Below are positions 55,876 to 64,000 of a DNA stretch of 64,000 nucleotides, piece by piece (position 1 is the stretch's first letter; each line of letters begins with the position of its first letter). This DNA comes from Gammaproteobacteria bacterium. GTDB taxonomy: Bacteria > Pseudomonadota > Gammaproteobacteria > Arenicellales > JAANXG01. Location of the stretch: assembly GCA_024638505.1 (NCBI GenBank), contig JAHEKE010000006.1, positions 35,902 through 99,901 on the forward strand. Reading direction: 5' to 3'. Under the pieces are notes generated by a model, which was given only the letters and a program-made list of their open reading frames with translations, had not been told where the DNA came from and did not search any database. The position numbers were made by a program, and so were the translations under genes.

Positions 55876-56886
55876 ATGAGTGGACTTGATGACCGTCAAA
55901 TAGAGACGTTTTACAAGCAGGGCTATCTCGTCGTGGAGAATGTGCTGGACGAGAAACTGCTGCTGTCCATTGAGGCGGAGTATTCTGCCCTACTTGAGCG
56001 GGAAGCGGGGATACTATTTAGCTTAGGTAAAGTTCCCTCAACTTACGCCAATCTACCATTTGGTCAACGCTACACGACCCTGCTTGCGCAAGCCCCGGCC
56101 TTGTTTGAGCGGATAAACATATCTTTACCCCTGACCAGTCAGGGCATGCCACCCGACGCAAAAGTGCACACGGGCGCGGCGGTGTTTGCCATGCTTACCC
56201 ACCCTGCGCTACTCGACGTCATGGCGTCGCTGATTGGCCAGGAAATCGAGAGTAATCCAGTTCAGCACGTTCGTATTAAGCCGCCGGTGCGGGCGGTGCC
56301 CGAATCACTGGCAGGGCTTTCCTACGTGGGCAAAACAACCTGGCATCAGGACATGGGGGCTTTGATGGATGAGGCCAACGATACCGAGCTGGTAACAGCC
56401 TGGGTAGCCGTTACCGACGCGACGCCGAAAAATGGCTGCTTATGCGTTGTCCCGCAAAGTCATAGCAGCGGTAGATTGACTCTGCACTGCCCAGGGAAAG
56501 GGATTGCGGCTGAAAATTACATTCCCGCCAGCCTGCTGGCAGGAGGTGCCATGCGGCAGCGCGTGCAGGCGCTTCCCGTGCGCAGAGGCGGGGTGGTGCT
56601 GTTGAATCGATTTACCCAACACTGCGCGCTGCCAAATAAGTCGGACGATATTCGCTGGAGTTTTGACCTGCGCTATAACCCGGTGGGGCAACCTTCGGGC
56701 CGGCCTGCCTTTCCCAGCTTCGTAGCGCGCAGCCGGCAGCATCCCAAGCGGGTGACTACAAATGCGCGCGATTGGACTGCAATGTGGGAAAGAGCGCGGA
56801 ACAGCATTCTGAGCGGTGCGTACCGGGGGCCGATTTTCAACGCGGAAAGATGGCGTAAATATAGCGATTCACCTGTTTGCGCCTAA
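55876..56886 (+). CDS. Phytanoyl-CoA dioxygenase (PhyH) family Fe(II)/2-oxoglutarate oxygenase
   Basis: N-terminal F...GY..V..VL pattern, a WHQD facial-triad context and a distal His (FTQHCALPN). Confidence 0.78.
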   Translation: MSGLDDRQIETFYKQGYLVVENVLDEKLLLSIEAEYSALLEREAGILFSLGKVPSTYANLPFGQRYTTLLAQAPALFERINISLPLTSQGMPPDAKVHTGAAVFAMLTHPALLDVMASLIGQEIESNPVQHVRIKPPVRAVPESLAGLSYVGKTTWHQDMGALMDEANDTELVTAWVAVTDATPKNGCLCVVPQSHSSGRLTLHCPGKGIAAENYIPASLLAGGAMRQRVQALPVRRGGVVLLNRFTQHCALPNKSDDIRWSFDLRYNPVGQPSGRPAFPSFVARSRQHPKRVTTNARDWTAMWERARNSILSGAYRGPIFNAERWRKYSDSPVCA

Positions 56887-56947
56887 TGCGTATTTTTGCA
56901 TACGTCGGACGCGACGCTGCTGCAGGCGCTAGGTGAGCAAGGTAAAA

Positions 56948-57982
56948 ATGATGATTGTACGTACCGACGCACTGATTATCGGCGCTGGCCCGGTTGGACT
57001 TTTCCAGGTGTTCGAATTGGGCCTGCTTGATGTCAAAGCCCACATCGTTGACGCATTGCCGCAGGCGGGCGGGCAGTGTGCGGAGCTCTATCCGGATAAA
57101 CCGATCTACGATATCCCGGCATTGCCAGTGGTCAGTGCGCAGGAGCTGGTTGATCGGTTGCTGCAGCAGATACAACCGTTCAAGCCCACCTTTCATCTGG
57201 CGCAAGAGGTGACGCATCTGACGAAAAGATCAGATGGATCCTTTTTTCTCAAGACGACCAGGGGCACCGAGTTCGAGGCCAAAACGGTGATCATTGCAGG
57301 GGGGATAGGTGCGTTTCAGCCGCGCCGGCTTAAGCTAGATGGTATCGATGAGTTGGAAGGGAAAGCAGTGCATTATAAAGTTTCCGATCCAGCGCTGTTT
57401 AGCAATAAGAACATCGTGATTCTCGGTGGCGGCGATTCCGCGCTGGACTGGGCGCTGGAGCTACAGCCCAAAGCACGCCGCGTCACCCTGATTCACCGGT
57501 CACAGCGGTTCAGAGCAGCCCCGGCGACCGTCTCTCATTTTTTTCGGCTGCGCGACGCTGGGGCAGTCGATTTTCTGCAGGGTAATGTTGTTGATTTCGA
57601 ACTTGAGAACGGAGCGCTGACTGCGCTTAACGTGCTTACGACGGATGCGGGTACGCACCGGGTGCAGCTGGATCATCTGCTGGTATTCTTCGGCATGTCT
57701 CCCAAACTAGGTCCGATCGCACAATGGGGCCTGGACAGTGTGAAAAATCAAATCTCGGTGGATACCGAGAAGTTTGAGACCAGCGTGCCCGGCGTATTCG
57801 CGGTCGGTGATATCAACGTGTATCCGGGTAAGAAAAAACTGATACTGAGCGGTTTTCATGAGGCAGCCCTGGCTGCATTTGCAGTCAGGCAGCACCTTTA
57901 TCCTGACGAAAAGATACACCTGCAATATACAACCACCAGCTCTAAACTGCACGAGCGCTTGGGTGTGAAAGAGGTGGTGTAG
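56948..57982 (+). CDS. Thioredoxin-reductase-type ferredoxin-NADP+ reductase
   Basis: FAD box DALIIGAGPVGLF, NADPH box ILGGGDSALDWA and C-terminal YTTTS. I prefer the ATG at 56948 (AAGG SD) over the GTG at 56933. Confidence 0.85.
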   Translation: MMIVRTDALIIGAGPVGLFQVFELGLLDVKAHIVDALPQAGGQCAELYPDKPIYDIPALPVVSAQELVDRLLQQIQPFKPTFHLAQEVTHLTKRSDGSFFLKTTRGTEFEAKTVIIAGGIGAFQPRRLKLDGIDELEGKAVHYKVSDPALFSNKNIVILGGGDSALDWALELQPKARRVTLIHRSQRFRAAPATVSHFFRLRDAGAVDFLQGNVVDFELENGALTALNVLTTDAGTHRVQLDHLLVFFGMSPKLGPIAQWGLDSVKNQISVDTEKFETSVPGVFAVGDINVYPGKKKLILSGFHEAALAAFAVRQHLYPDEKIHLQYTTTSSKLHERLGVKEVV

Positions 57983-58057
57983 TCCACTCGCATCCGCAAC
58001 GGGTTCAATGCTGGACGCTGATCTGCGGGGCGAGGGGCTATGGTGGTGCGCGCTTAC

Positions 58058-59794
58058 TCAGCGGTTCCGCACCACTGAGAGGTTTTTACTCACATTGACA
58101 ACCCCGGTGTTATCAGCGCCCGGCTTACCGCGCCACCCAGGCACGTCCTTCGCTGCGATGGGGCCGCTGACGTGAAAACCCTGTATAGCGTCGCAGCCCA
58201 GAGAAGCGAGGATGTCTTTTATTTCTCCCGTCCATACCCCCTCGGCGGTAACGTTCAGCTCGAGGTTATGACCCAAATCAATGATTGCGCGCACAATTTT
58301 AGCGTGCTTCGGATTCTTGTTCATGTCTTCGACGAACGAGCGGTCGATCTTGATTTCGTGTATCGGCAATTCACTCAAATGGGCCAATGAGGAGTATCCG
58401 GTGCCGAAATCATCGATGGATAAACGGACGCCGGTATCGGCCAGCCGGCGCAACATGCTGGCGGCGTGCTCCTCATTGAGCATGATGCTGGTCTCGGTGA
58501 TTTCCAGGATGATCCGTTTTGGATCAATACCGTGAGAGGCCAGTAGCCCGGTAAGATGATCGAACAGGTCTTCGTTATTCAAGTCCTGAGCGGATATGTT
58601 AATCGAGACGCTGGGGAAGAAACCCTGCTTTCCCCATAGCGATAACTGCTCTAGCGCCTGGTTAACAACCCAGGAGGTGAGCGGTCTGATCAATCCGGTG
58701 CGTTCGGCCAGAGATATAAACTCGCCGGGTGAAACCTGAGTGTGGACCGGATGCGGCCACCTGGCCAGTGCTTCCACGCCCTGCAGTTGCATAGTCTTTA
58801 GAACCATCTTGGGCTGGTACAGCAGATACAGCACATCGGACTCCAGTGATTCGCGTAACTCCCCGGCCAGCGTAATTCTGTGCGGGCTGTTTTTTTCGTG
58901 TTTGCTGCTGTAAACGGCGAATCCAGTTTTATCCCGTTTTGCTGCGTACATGGCCGCCTCGGCGCGCTGTAACAAGGTGTCTCCGTCTATGCCATGAGTG
59001 GGATATAGGGTTATGCCCATACTGGCCTGAATGCCGACTTTGACGCCGTCTAATACAAAAGGAGCTTTTAGAGCCGTCGTTATGCTGGCCGCAATTCTGT
59101 GAGTGTCCAGCTCAGAGGATTCTCTAGCTACAAGAATCACAAACTCATCGGCCCCGACGCGACCGACGGTGTCGGTATCTCGCGCTAACCCGCGCAGCCG
59201 CCCGGCCACCTGGTTTAACGCCTGATCGCCCTGGTGCCGGCTAAGTGCGCTATTCAGCTCACTGAATCGATCAAGATCTAGAAGAATGATGGACAAAGTT
59301 TGTTTGTTACTGTGGGCCGCGGTAATTGCCTGGTTGATTCTATCCATGACCAGTGTGCGATTGGGTAGTCCAGTCAATGGGTCATGGGTTACACCGTGTG
59401 CAGCTTCCTTGCGCAGAGCGGTAGTCTGAGCGCGAAGCTCATTGGTTTGATCAATAACCAGGGCGCTGGCCTCATATGAAATCATCGATCCCACGTATTG
59501 ACCCCATAAGGCAAACACAAACGGCATCGAATCAAGAACCCACAGCGCGACGTTGCTTTTCTGTACCGCAATTACGCCACTTAATGAGATCGCCCCGTTC
59601 TCTATGTAAGCCAGTGCCAGGGTTGCGGTGATAATTGCGGAAAAGGCGATGAAAACGCCGTACACGGCGTACCGACTGACCTCGGATTTCAACGCTTTGG
59701 CGTTGCTCTGCAGGACATGTTTCGTTTCTTGAACCAGAGCCGGCCCCCTGCCGGTATTACTCTGGACCCCAGACAGCATCGGGTTTGTTCCCAT
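58058..59794 (-). CDS. Membrane-anchored GGDEF-EAL protein with a degenerate GGDEF (GADEF)
   Basis: TM helices, RDTD I-site + RVGADEF, and EAL motifs EITET and DDFGTG. I prefer the ATG at 59794 (GGGGG SD) over the ORF-track TTG at 59848. Confidence 0.85.
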   Translation of the reverse strand: MGTNPMLSGVQSNTGRGPALVQETKHVLQSNAKALKSEVSRYAVYGVFIAFSAIITATLALAYIENGAISLSGVIAVQKSNVALWVLDSMPFVFALWGQYVGSMISYEASALVIDQTNELRAQTTALRKEAAHGVTHDPLTGLPNRTLVMDRINQAITAAHSNKQTLSIILLDLDRFSELNSALSRHQGDQALNQVAGRLRGLARDTDTVGRVGADEFVILVARESSELDTHRIAASITTALKAPFVLDGVKVGIQASMGITLYPTHGIDGDTLLQRAEAAMYAAKRDKTGFAVYSSKHEKNSPHRITLAGELRESLESDVLYLLYQPKMVLKTMQLQGVEALARWPHPVHTQVSPGEFISLAERTGLIRPLTSWVVNQALEQLSLWGKQGFFPSVSINISAQDLNNEDLFDHLTGLLASHGIDPKRIILEITETSIMLNEEHAASMLRRLADTGVRLSIDDFGTGYSSLAHLSELPIHEIKIDRSFVEDMNKNPKHAKIVRAIIDLGHNLELNVTAEGVWTGEIKDILASLGCDAIQGFHVSGPIAAKDVPGWRGKPGADNTGVVNVSKNLSVVRNR

Positions 59795-60170
59795 TACGGA
59801 CCCCCATCGGACCTCTACACTCGCCGTGCTAACGTTGCACCGTAACAACCCATGCTTGCGGCGTGATTTCAGACACCTTTACTCAGTATAGATGCTTATT
59901 TACTGGGTATGAGTGGCTGCAGGCAGCCCTCTTTTGCAGCTTTGAGGGGAGGGCTAAAACGGGGGCGCGAGGGGTCAGATGTGGGGTGGGACGGGAACAG
60001 GCATGTTACCGATGATCGGTGAAAAGTGATGGTTTGTCAGTGAAAAAAGAATGTTTATAAGTGTTTGTTTTTGCTTGTATAATGCATTTTGTCTGTATTT
60101 TCCTACCATTTATCAAACGCTTCGTCTATAGTAATAACACGCCTGTCGGTAACCTACTCGGAGATGCAAC

Positions 60171-60545
60171 ATGACTTACCAGCACCACACTGACGCCCTC
60201 ATCCCAGTCGATGCCGTCATCCAGTTCCGTACCGACAACACAGAATTCAATCCGTGCCACGCCCTCAGCGTCTCCGCTAAGGCCGTGCACATCCTGTTGG
60301 ACCAACCCCTTCATAACCAGGCCGCCATGACGCTCATGATCCGGCCCGAGGGCGACGGCCAACAACCCTATTTTGTCTCGGGTGAGGTGAAAAAGCGGGG
60401 GCTACAAGACGGGGGATGGTTGCATGAGGTCGTCGCCTCATCCAACCGACCCTGGTCTCCCATGTTCCAGTATGACGTCGTGTGCTCCACCTTCGATAAC
60501 CATACTGACCCCATACAACATAACCTCAACCAGATCGCTGCTTAA
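60171..60545 (+). CDS. Hypothetical small protein (124 aa), weakly PilZ-like
   Basis: Preceded by a TATAAT box (gcttgTATAATgc, about 85 nt upstream) and followed by a strong terminator. Beta-rich N-half, with no canonical RxxxR or DxSxxG. Confidence 0.45.
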   Translation: MTYQHHTDALIPVDAVIQFRTDNTEFNPCHALSVSAKAVHILLDQPLHNQAAMTLMIRPEGDGQQPYFVSGEVKKRGLQDGGWLHEVVASSNRPWSPMFQYDVVCSTFDNHTDPIQHNLNQIAA

Positions 60546-60588
60546 CAGCAGGGCTCGAACGCATATCGGTTTTAAGCGGGGGTGTTGA

Positions 60589-60630
60589 CCCGGGTCAGAG
60601 AGATAAAAATCTCTGGCTCGGGTTTTTTTT
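60589..60630 (+). terminator. Rho-independent terminator
   Basis: Extended imperfect hairpin CCCGGGTCAGAGAGAT-aaaa-ATCTCTGGCTCGGG followed by T8 (60623-60630). The T-run overlaps the stop codon of the convergent DUF374 gene. Confidence 0.7.
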
Positions 60631-61282
60631 ATCTCTTTTTTGCCAGCTGCTCGGCCCTAATCACAAGTTCGTCGAGGACGCGCTTTAATCGTTGGCAAGC
60701 TGTCTTGTCCGATTCCAGCGCTTGCACGTACAGCGGGCGTCCAAAGATCAGAACTATTCTGCTGAAAGGGTAGGGTAGGTTAAACCTATCCCAGCTGGCG
60801 AATACCTTTTTCCTGTTCGCACCGAATGCCAGTGGTACGATAGGGCTGCCGATTGCCCGTGACATCTGAATAATGCCTGGCTGCACCTCATGTGGCGGGC
60901 CGAGCGGACCGTCCGGCGTTATCGCCACGATGCCCCGACGCCGTAGAATCCGCATCATTTGTTTCATCGCTTCAAACCCGCCGCGGGTAGTCGATCCCCT
61001 GATTGCTTCTTTGTTGAATAGTTTCGCCACTCGGGCGATGTATTCACCATCGCGACTGGAGGAGATCAAACAGTGAATGCAGTCGTTTCGTCGCAGTAAA
61101 GGCAGGACAATTTGTCGGTTGTGCCAAAAAGCATAGGTGAAACCGTTACCTTGATCTTGTAAACCGTCGGGATACTGCGATCCATGAACCTCTATTTTTG
61201 ACGTCGCTGCCAGAATCCATAAGTATGCCCAAATGATACGAGGCAGCAGCATAAGCAAGAATTGGTCAAGCGCCGAGGTCAC
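60629..61282 (-). CDS. DUF374-type lysophospholipid acyltransferase family protein
   Basis: Pattern FW.H.R......ISSSRDGE.IA......G...IRGST.RGG..A......L..G....ITPDGP.GP recalled from DUF374. Confidence 0.75.
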   Translation of the reverse strand: MTSALDQFLLMLLPRIIWAYLWILAATSKIEVHGSQYPDGLQDQGNGFTYAFWHNRQIVLPLLRRNDCIHCLISSSRDGEYIARVAKLFNKEAIRGSTTRGGFEAMKQMMRILRRRGIVAITPDGPLGPPHEVQPGIIQMSRAIGSPIVPLAFGANRKKVFASWDRFNLPYPFSRIVLIFGRPLYVQALESDKTACQRLKRVLDELVIRAEQLAKKR

Positions 61283-61534
61283 CTTCAGATATCCAATCCA
61301 GTTGATGGTAGTGCTATCGAGTTAATGGTTGGGTCAGTATATTAGGATATAATGCGCCGCGGCATAGCCCCGGCCTTGGGCCCAACCTTTCTATGGTTGC
61401 TTACGGCCGAGCGCGACGCGGCGTCATTTGCATTGTAGGCGATACTGTTAGCGCGGTTGTTGCCGGTTGGTAACGGGGCTGGTGGAGCGGCACAGATCAA
61501 ACAGACAAAAAGGGCTTAACGAAAGGAAGAGTGT

Positions 61535-61804
61535 ATGAGTGATTATCAAATGATAATCCAAGAGCTAGCAACGATTCTTGCAGAAAAAACTAGAATAAAA
61601 CCGGAAAATCTCAAGCCTGAACTGCATTTGGAAGAAAGCGGCCTGGACTCGTTCGCACGAATTGACCTCGTCCTGGCGATCGAAGAGCGATTCGGTTTCG
61701 AGCTGTCTGATAGTGAGGCGGCAAACCTATCTACAGTAGATGACCTGGTCAGGACTATCTTACAGAAACGGGAACAAACACCGCTCACTGGCCTAAGCGG
61801 ATAA
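61535..61804 (+). CDS. Acyl carrier protein (stand-alone)
   Basis: 89 aa. Phosphopantetheine attachment motif GLDSFARIDL, with SD AAGGAAG upstream. Confidence 0.85.
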   Translation: MSDYQMIIQELATILAEKTRIKPENLKPELHLEESGLDSFARIDLVLAIEERFGFELSDSEAANLSTVDDLVRTILQKREQTPLTGLSG

Positions 61805-61812
61805 ATACGCCC

Positions 61813-63591
61813 GTGGCCGCCGCACCTTCCAGTCTATTTGATGTGTTGCTGTGTCACGTCAGTGACGAGCATGATGATTTGCCGGGACTTAGTTTTTGGA
61901 ATCCTGCCGCGCGTAGCTATGACACCGTGCCATACAAGGAAATGGCGCAGCGGGCATTTGCATTCGGTAGCAGACTGGTGGGTAGTGATCGTGCCAATGG
62001 AAGCGTCTGCCTTATAGCTTGCCACTCTCCCTATGCTACGCTGGTCGCTTTTCTCGGGGCCATATCAGTGGCGTCTGTCCCCATGATACTTCCGATGCCC
62101 AGGGCGTTGGGCAGCCAGCAAGCCCTGGCAGAACGAATCGAACACTGGGCAGCTAAGTTCAACCGACCGTGCTCTTTAGTATTAGAGCAGGGGCTTGAGG
62201 AGAAATTTCACTCGGCCGTCCCGGCTGCGCTTACCATCTTTCGCGTCAGTGATTCGCCGCTCGCTGAATGCGACACCACGTCCCAACCCGCCTGGGACCG
62301 CGTGGGTGACGAAAAGGACATTGCTTTTTTCCAAACTACCAGTTCATCCACTGGCGAGCATAAGGCGGTGGCCATTTCGCACAACAACGTGCTCTCCAAT
62401 GTGCGTGGAATCAGGAACGCTGTTGGCATGGATGGAAATGAAAAAATGATCAGCTGGCTGCCGCTATTTCACGACATGGGGCTGGTCGGCGCTGTGCTGT
62501 TCAGTTTATGCAATGGCTATCCGCTCTATCTGATGACGCCAACTCAGTTTCTCAAGCGTCCCGCGCTGTGGCTCAGGGGGATTAGTGAAAAGCGATGCTC
62601 TATTACTACCGCGCCAAACTTCGGATACGATTACTGTTCTAGACTGGTGTCCGCCAAAGATGCACAGGCGCTAGACCTTTCCTGTGTGAAACATTTTTTC
62701 ATCGGAGCCGAACCGATCAGAGTGTCAACAATACGAGGCTTCTGCCAGAAGTTTGCAACAGCGGGCGTTCGCAGTCACATGATCAGGCCGGCCTATGGGC
62801 TAGCCGAGTCGACCATTATTACTACGATCTCGCGACCGAACGGCGAGGCAAGGTTTATTCGACTGGATGCGGCCAGCGTAGGACTGGGGCAAGAGGTCAG
62901 AGTCCTAAAGGACGCGGGCCTGCCGCCTAACTCAGCCGATCACGCCGACGCAGACACTTACGTGACGGTATGCACTGCCGGAAGCGCGATCGATGGCATG
63001 CGAATCTCTCTGGCAGATGAAGCGGGAGAGACAATCGAGCAGAATGGATGCGCTGGGGAAATTGTGATTCAAGGTGATTCCGTTGCGCTGGGTTACGTAA
63101 CGGGAGGGCCGAAACTGATTGATCGATTCAATCACAAGCAAACACGCACTGGCGACATGGGTGTGATCATTGATGGCGAGCTTTTCATTATAGAAAGAAT
63201 AAAAAACGTAATCATCCGTAGCGGAGAAAACTTCTTAGTTAGCGCCATGGAGCAAAGGCTGGCTGATGTGTTACAGATTTCACATGAAAACGTAGCGGTA
63301 TTTGAGTCGAATATTCATGATCCAGGCAGCGAGATTGTCGTGCTGATAGAAAAACATTCCAGCCTGGCACCCGATCAGATTGATTCCGTACTGCGCGCTC
63401 TGTCCGCGGAAAGTATTCCGGTAGATGTAATCCTGCTGCATCGGGCGCGGGTGATTCCGCGAACAACAAGCGGTAAGAAAAGACATTTTTTCTGCCGCCA
63501 GTTGTTTCTCAATGGCGCCCTTAGTTTTCAGCAAAAAATTGAAGTAAGCCCAGATAGGATTGCCAGTGCGTCCCTGCACGGCAGCGCTTAG
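61813..63591 (+). CDS. Fatty acyl-AMP ligase (FAAL)-type adenylating enzyme
   Basis: GTG start 9 nt after the ACP stop. Motifs TSSSTGEHK, YGLAEST, TGDMG and SGKKRH. The length and N-terminal pattern are typical of FAALs that load ACPs. Confidence 0.82.
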   Translation: MAAAPSSLFDVLLCHVSDEHDDLPGLSFWNPAARSYDTVPYKEMAQRAFAFGSRLVGSDRANGSVCLIACHSPYATLVAFLGAISVASVPMILPMPRALGSQQALAERIEHWAAKFNRPCSLVLEQGLEEKFHSAVPAALTIFRVSDSPLAECDTTSQPAWDRVGDEKDIAFFQTTSSSTGEHKAVAISHNNVLSNVRGIRNAVGMDGNEKMISWLPLFHDMGLVGAVLFSLCNGYPLYLMTPTQFLKRPALWLRGISEKRCSITTAPNFGYDYCSRLVSAKDAQALDLSCVKHFFIGAEPIRVSTIRGFCQKFATAGVRSHMIRPAYGLAESTIITTISRPNGEARFIRLDAASVGLGQEVRVLKDAGLPPNSADHADADTYVTVCTAGSAIDGMRISLADEAGETIEQNGCAGEIVIQGDSVALGYVTGGPKLIDRFNHKQTRTGDMGVIIDGELFIIERIKNVIIRSGENFLVSAMEQRLADVLQISHENVAVFESNIHDPGSEIVVLIEKHSSLAPDQIDSVLRALSAESIPVDVILLHRARVIPRTTSGKKRHFFCRQLFLNGALSFQQKIEVSPDRIASASLHGSA

Positions 63592-63642
63592 CTTGTAAAT
63601 TTGTGTGGGGCCAATCGGTCACTTTTGCTCTGTGACCCAACG

Positions 63643-64000
63643 CTATCTTGGGTGGTTGATCCTGCGCAGAGTGACGCGATGAAGGTCCAGTCCGCCGACT
63701 TCGAACATGTAGGCCATAAGGCGGAGATACTGCTCAAACTTTTTGATTTCCTGTTCGCCCTTCATTGCCATAGCGTCTGTACGCCGCGCTTTAAGGTTCG
63801 AAAACCAGGCGCGCAGTGTTCTCCTGTAGTCATCTCTGTCGTTGCGCAGACTGATTACTTCGAACAAGCGGTCAGCGCCCTGGACCAGTTCAGACAGCCG
63901 TGGGGTATCTGTTTCCGGGAAAATCTGCTCGGCTATAAACTGATCAAAATCTTTTTGCACAGAATTTCCATAGGCAACTGTTTGCAGAGATAACCAGCCG
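63643..64000 (-). CDS. Cyclopropane-fatty-acyl-phospholipid synthase-like SAM methyltransferase, C-terminal part (5' end outside the window)
   Basis: The minus-strand frame stays open to the window edge (...LVISLQTVAYGNSVQKDFDQFIAEQIFPE...RTLRAW...). This matches the CFA-synthase family C-terminal region. The overlapping plus-strand ORF 63601..63993 is its shadow. Confidence 0.78.
   Translation of the reverse strand, partial: GWLSLQTVAYGNSVQKDFDQFIAEQIFPETDTPRLSELVQGADRLFEVISLRNDRDDYRRTLRAWFSNLKARRTDAMAMKGEQEIKKFEQYLRLMAYMFEVGGLDLHRVTLRRINHPR

Noticed and set aside
63601-63993. 130-aa plus-strand ORF at the right edge
   Set aside because: The opposite strand encodes a recognisable CFA-synthase-family C-terminus whose frame stays open to the window end. 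The plus ORF is its shadow.

Overview
The window is a dense, chromosome-like stretch of about 54 protein genes. Its orthologs look gammaproteobacterial: ClpB, RimO, SpuC, DinB and Lhr resemble the E. coli and Pseudomonas proteins as I recall them. I found no rRNA, tRNA, IS element, transposase, integrase, prophage or CRISPR array, so this is not an obvious mobile or accessory island.

Recognisable content, left to right:
- A split Aas-like lipid pair, then sigma-32-driven clpB, rimO, a PflX-type radical SAM gene, and transglutaminase-like and HAD genes.
- Two translationally coupled atypical GTPases and a secreted metallophosphoesterase.
- A minus-strand run: MOSC, GNAT, thioesterase, SDR, and an RCK K+ channel with a coupled small membrane protein.
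- Three uncharacterised proteins (20.5-23.0 kb), then degP with an OmpR/HK two-component pair.
- Two GGDEF-EAL proteins.
- A gamma-glutamyl-polyamine operon (GS-like, spuC, FAD oxidase, GS-like).
- An MltD-like LysM transglycosylase, then LemA-DUF2207-dinB divergent from lhr.
- A class III nucleotide cyclase, a GNAT and a PilZ-like protein.
- An amine-catabolism-like island: a kinase/aminotransferase fusion, agmatinase family, PhyH, FMN reductase, FNR and a DMT transporter.
- A right-end lipid cluster: DUF374 acyltransferase, ACP, FAAL and a CFA-synthase-like methyltransferase.

Candidates for something undescribed:
- The coupled GTPase pair, which has DxPD in place of DxxG.
- The unknown two-gene module at 21.7-23.0 kb, which sits behind a perfect 8-4-8 palindrome over a TATAAT box. 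Its upstream orphan gene has a related inverted repeat.

Neither candidate can be assigned a function from sequence alone. All family calls come from motif recognition by eye, with no database search.
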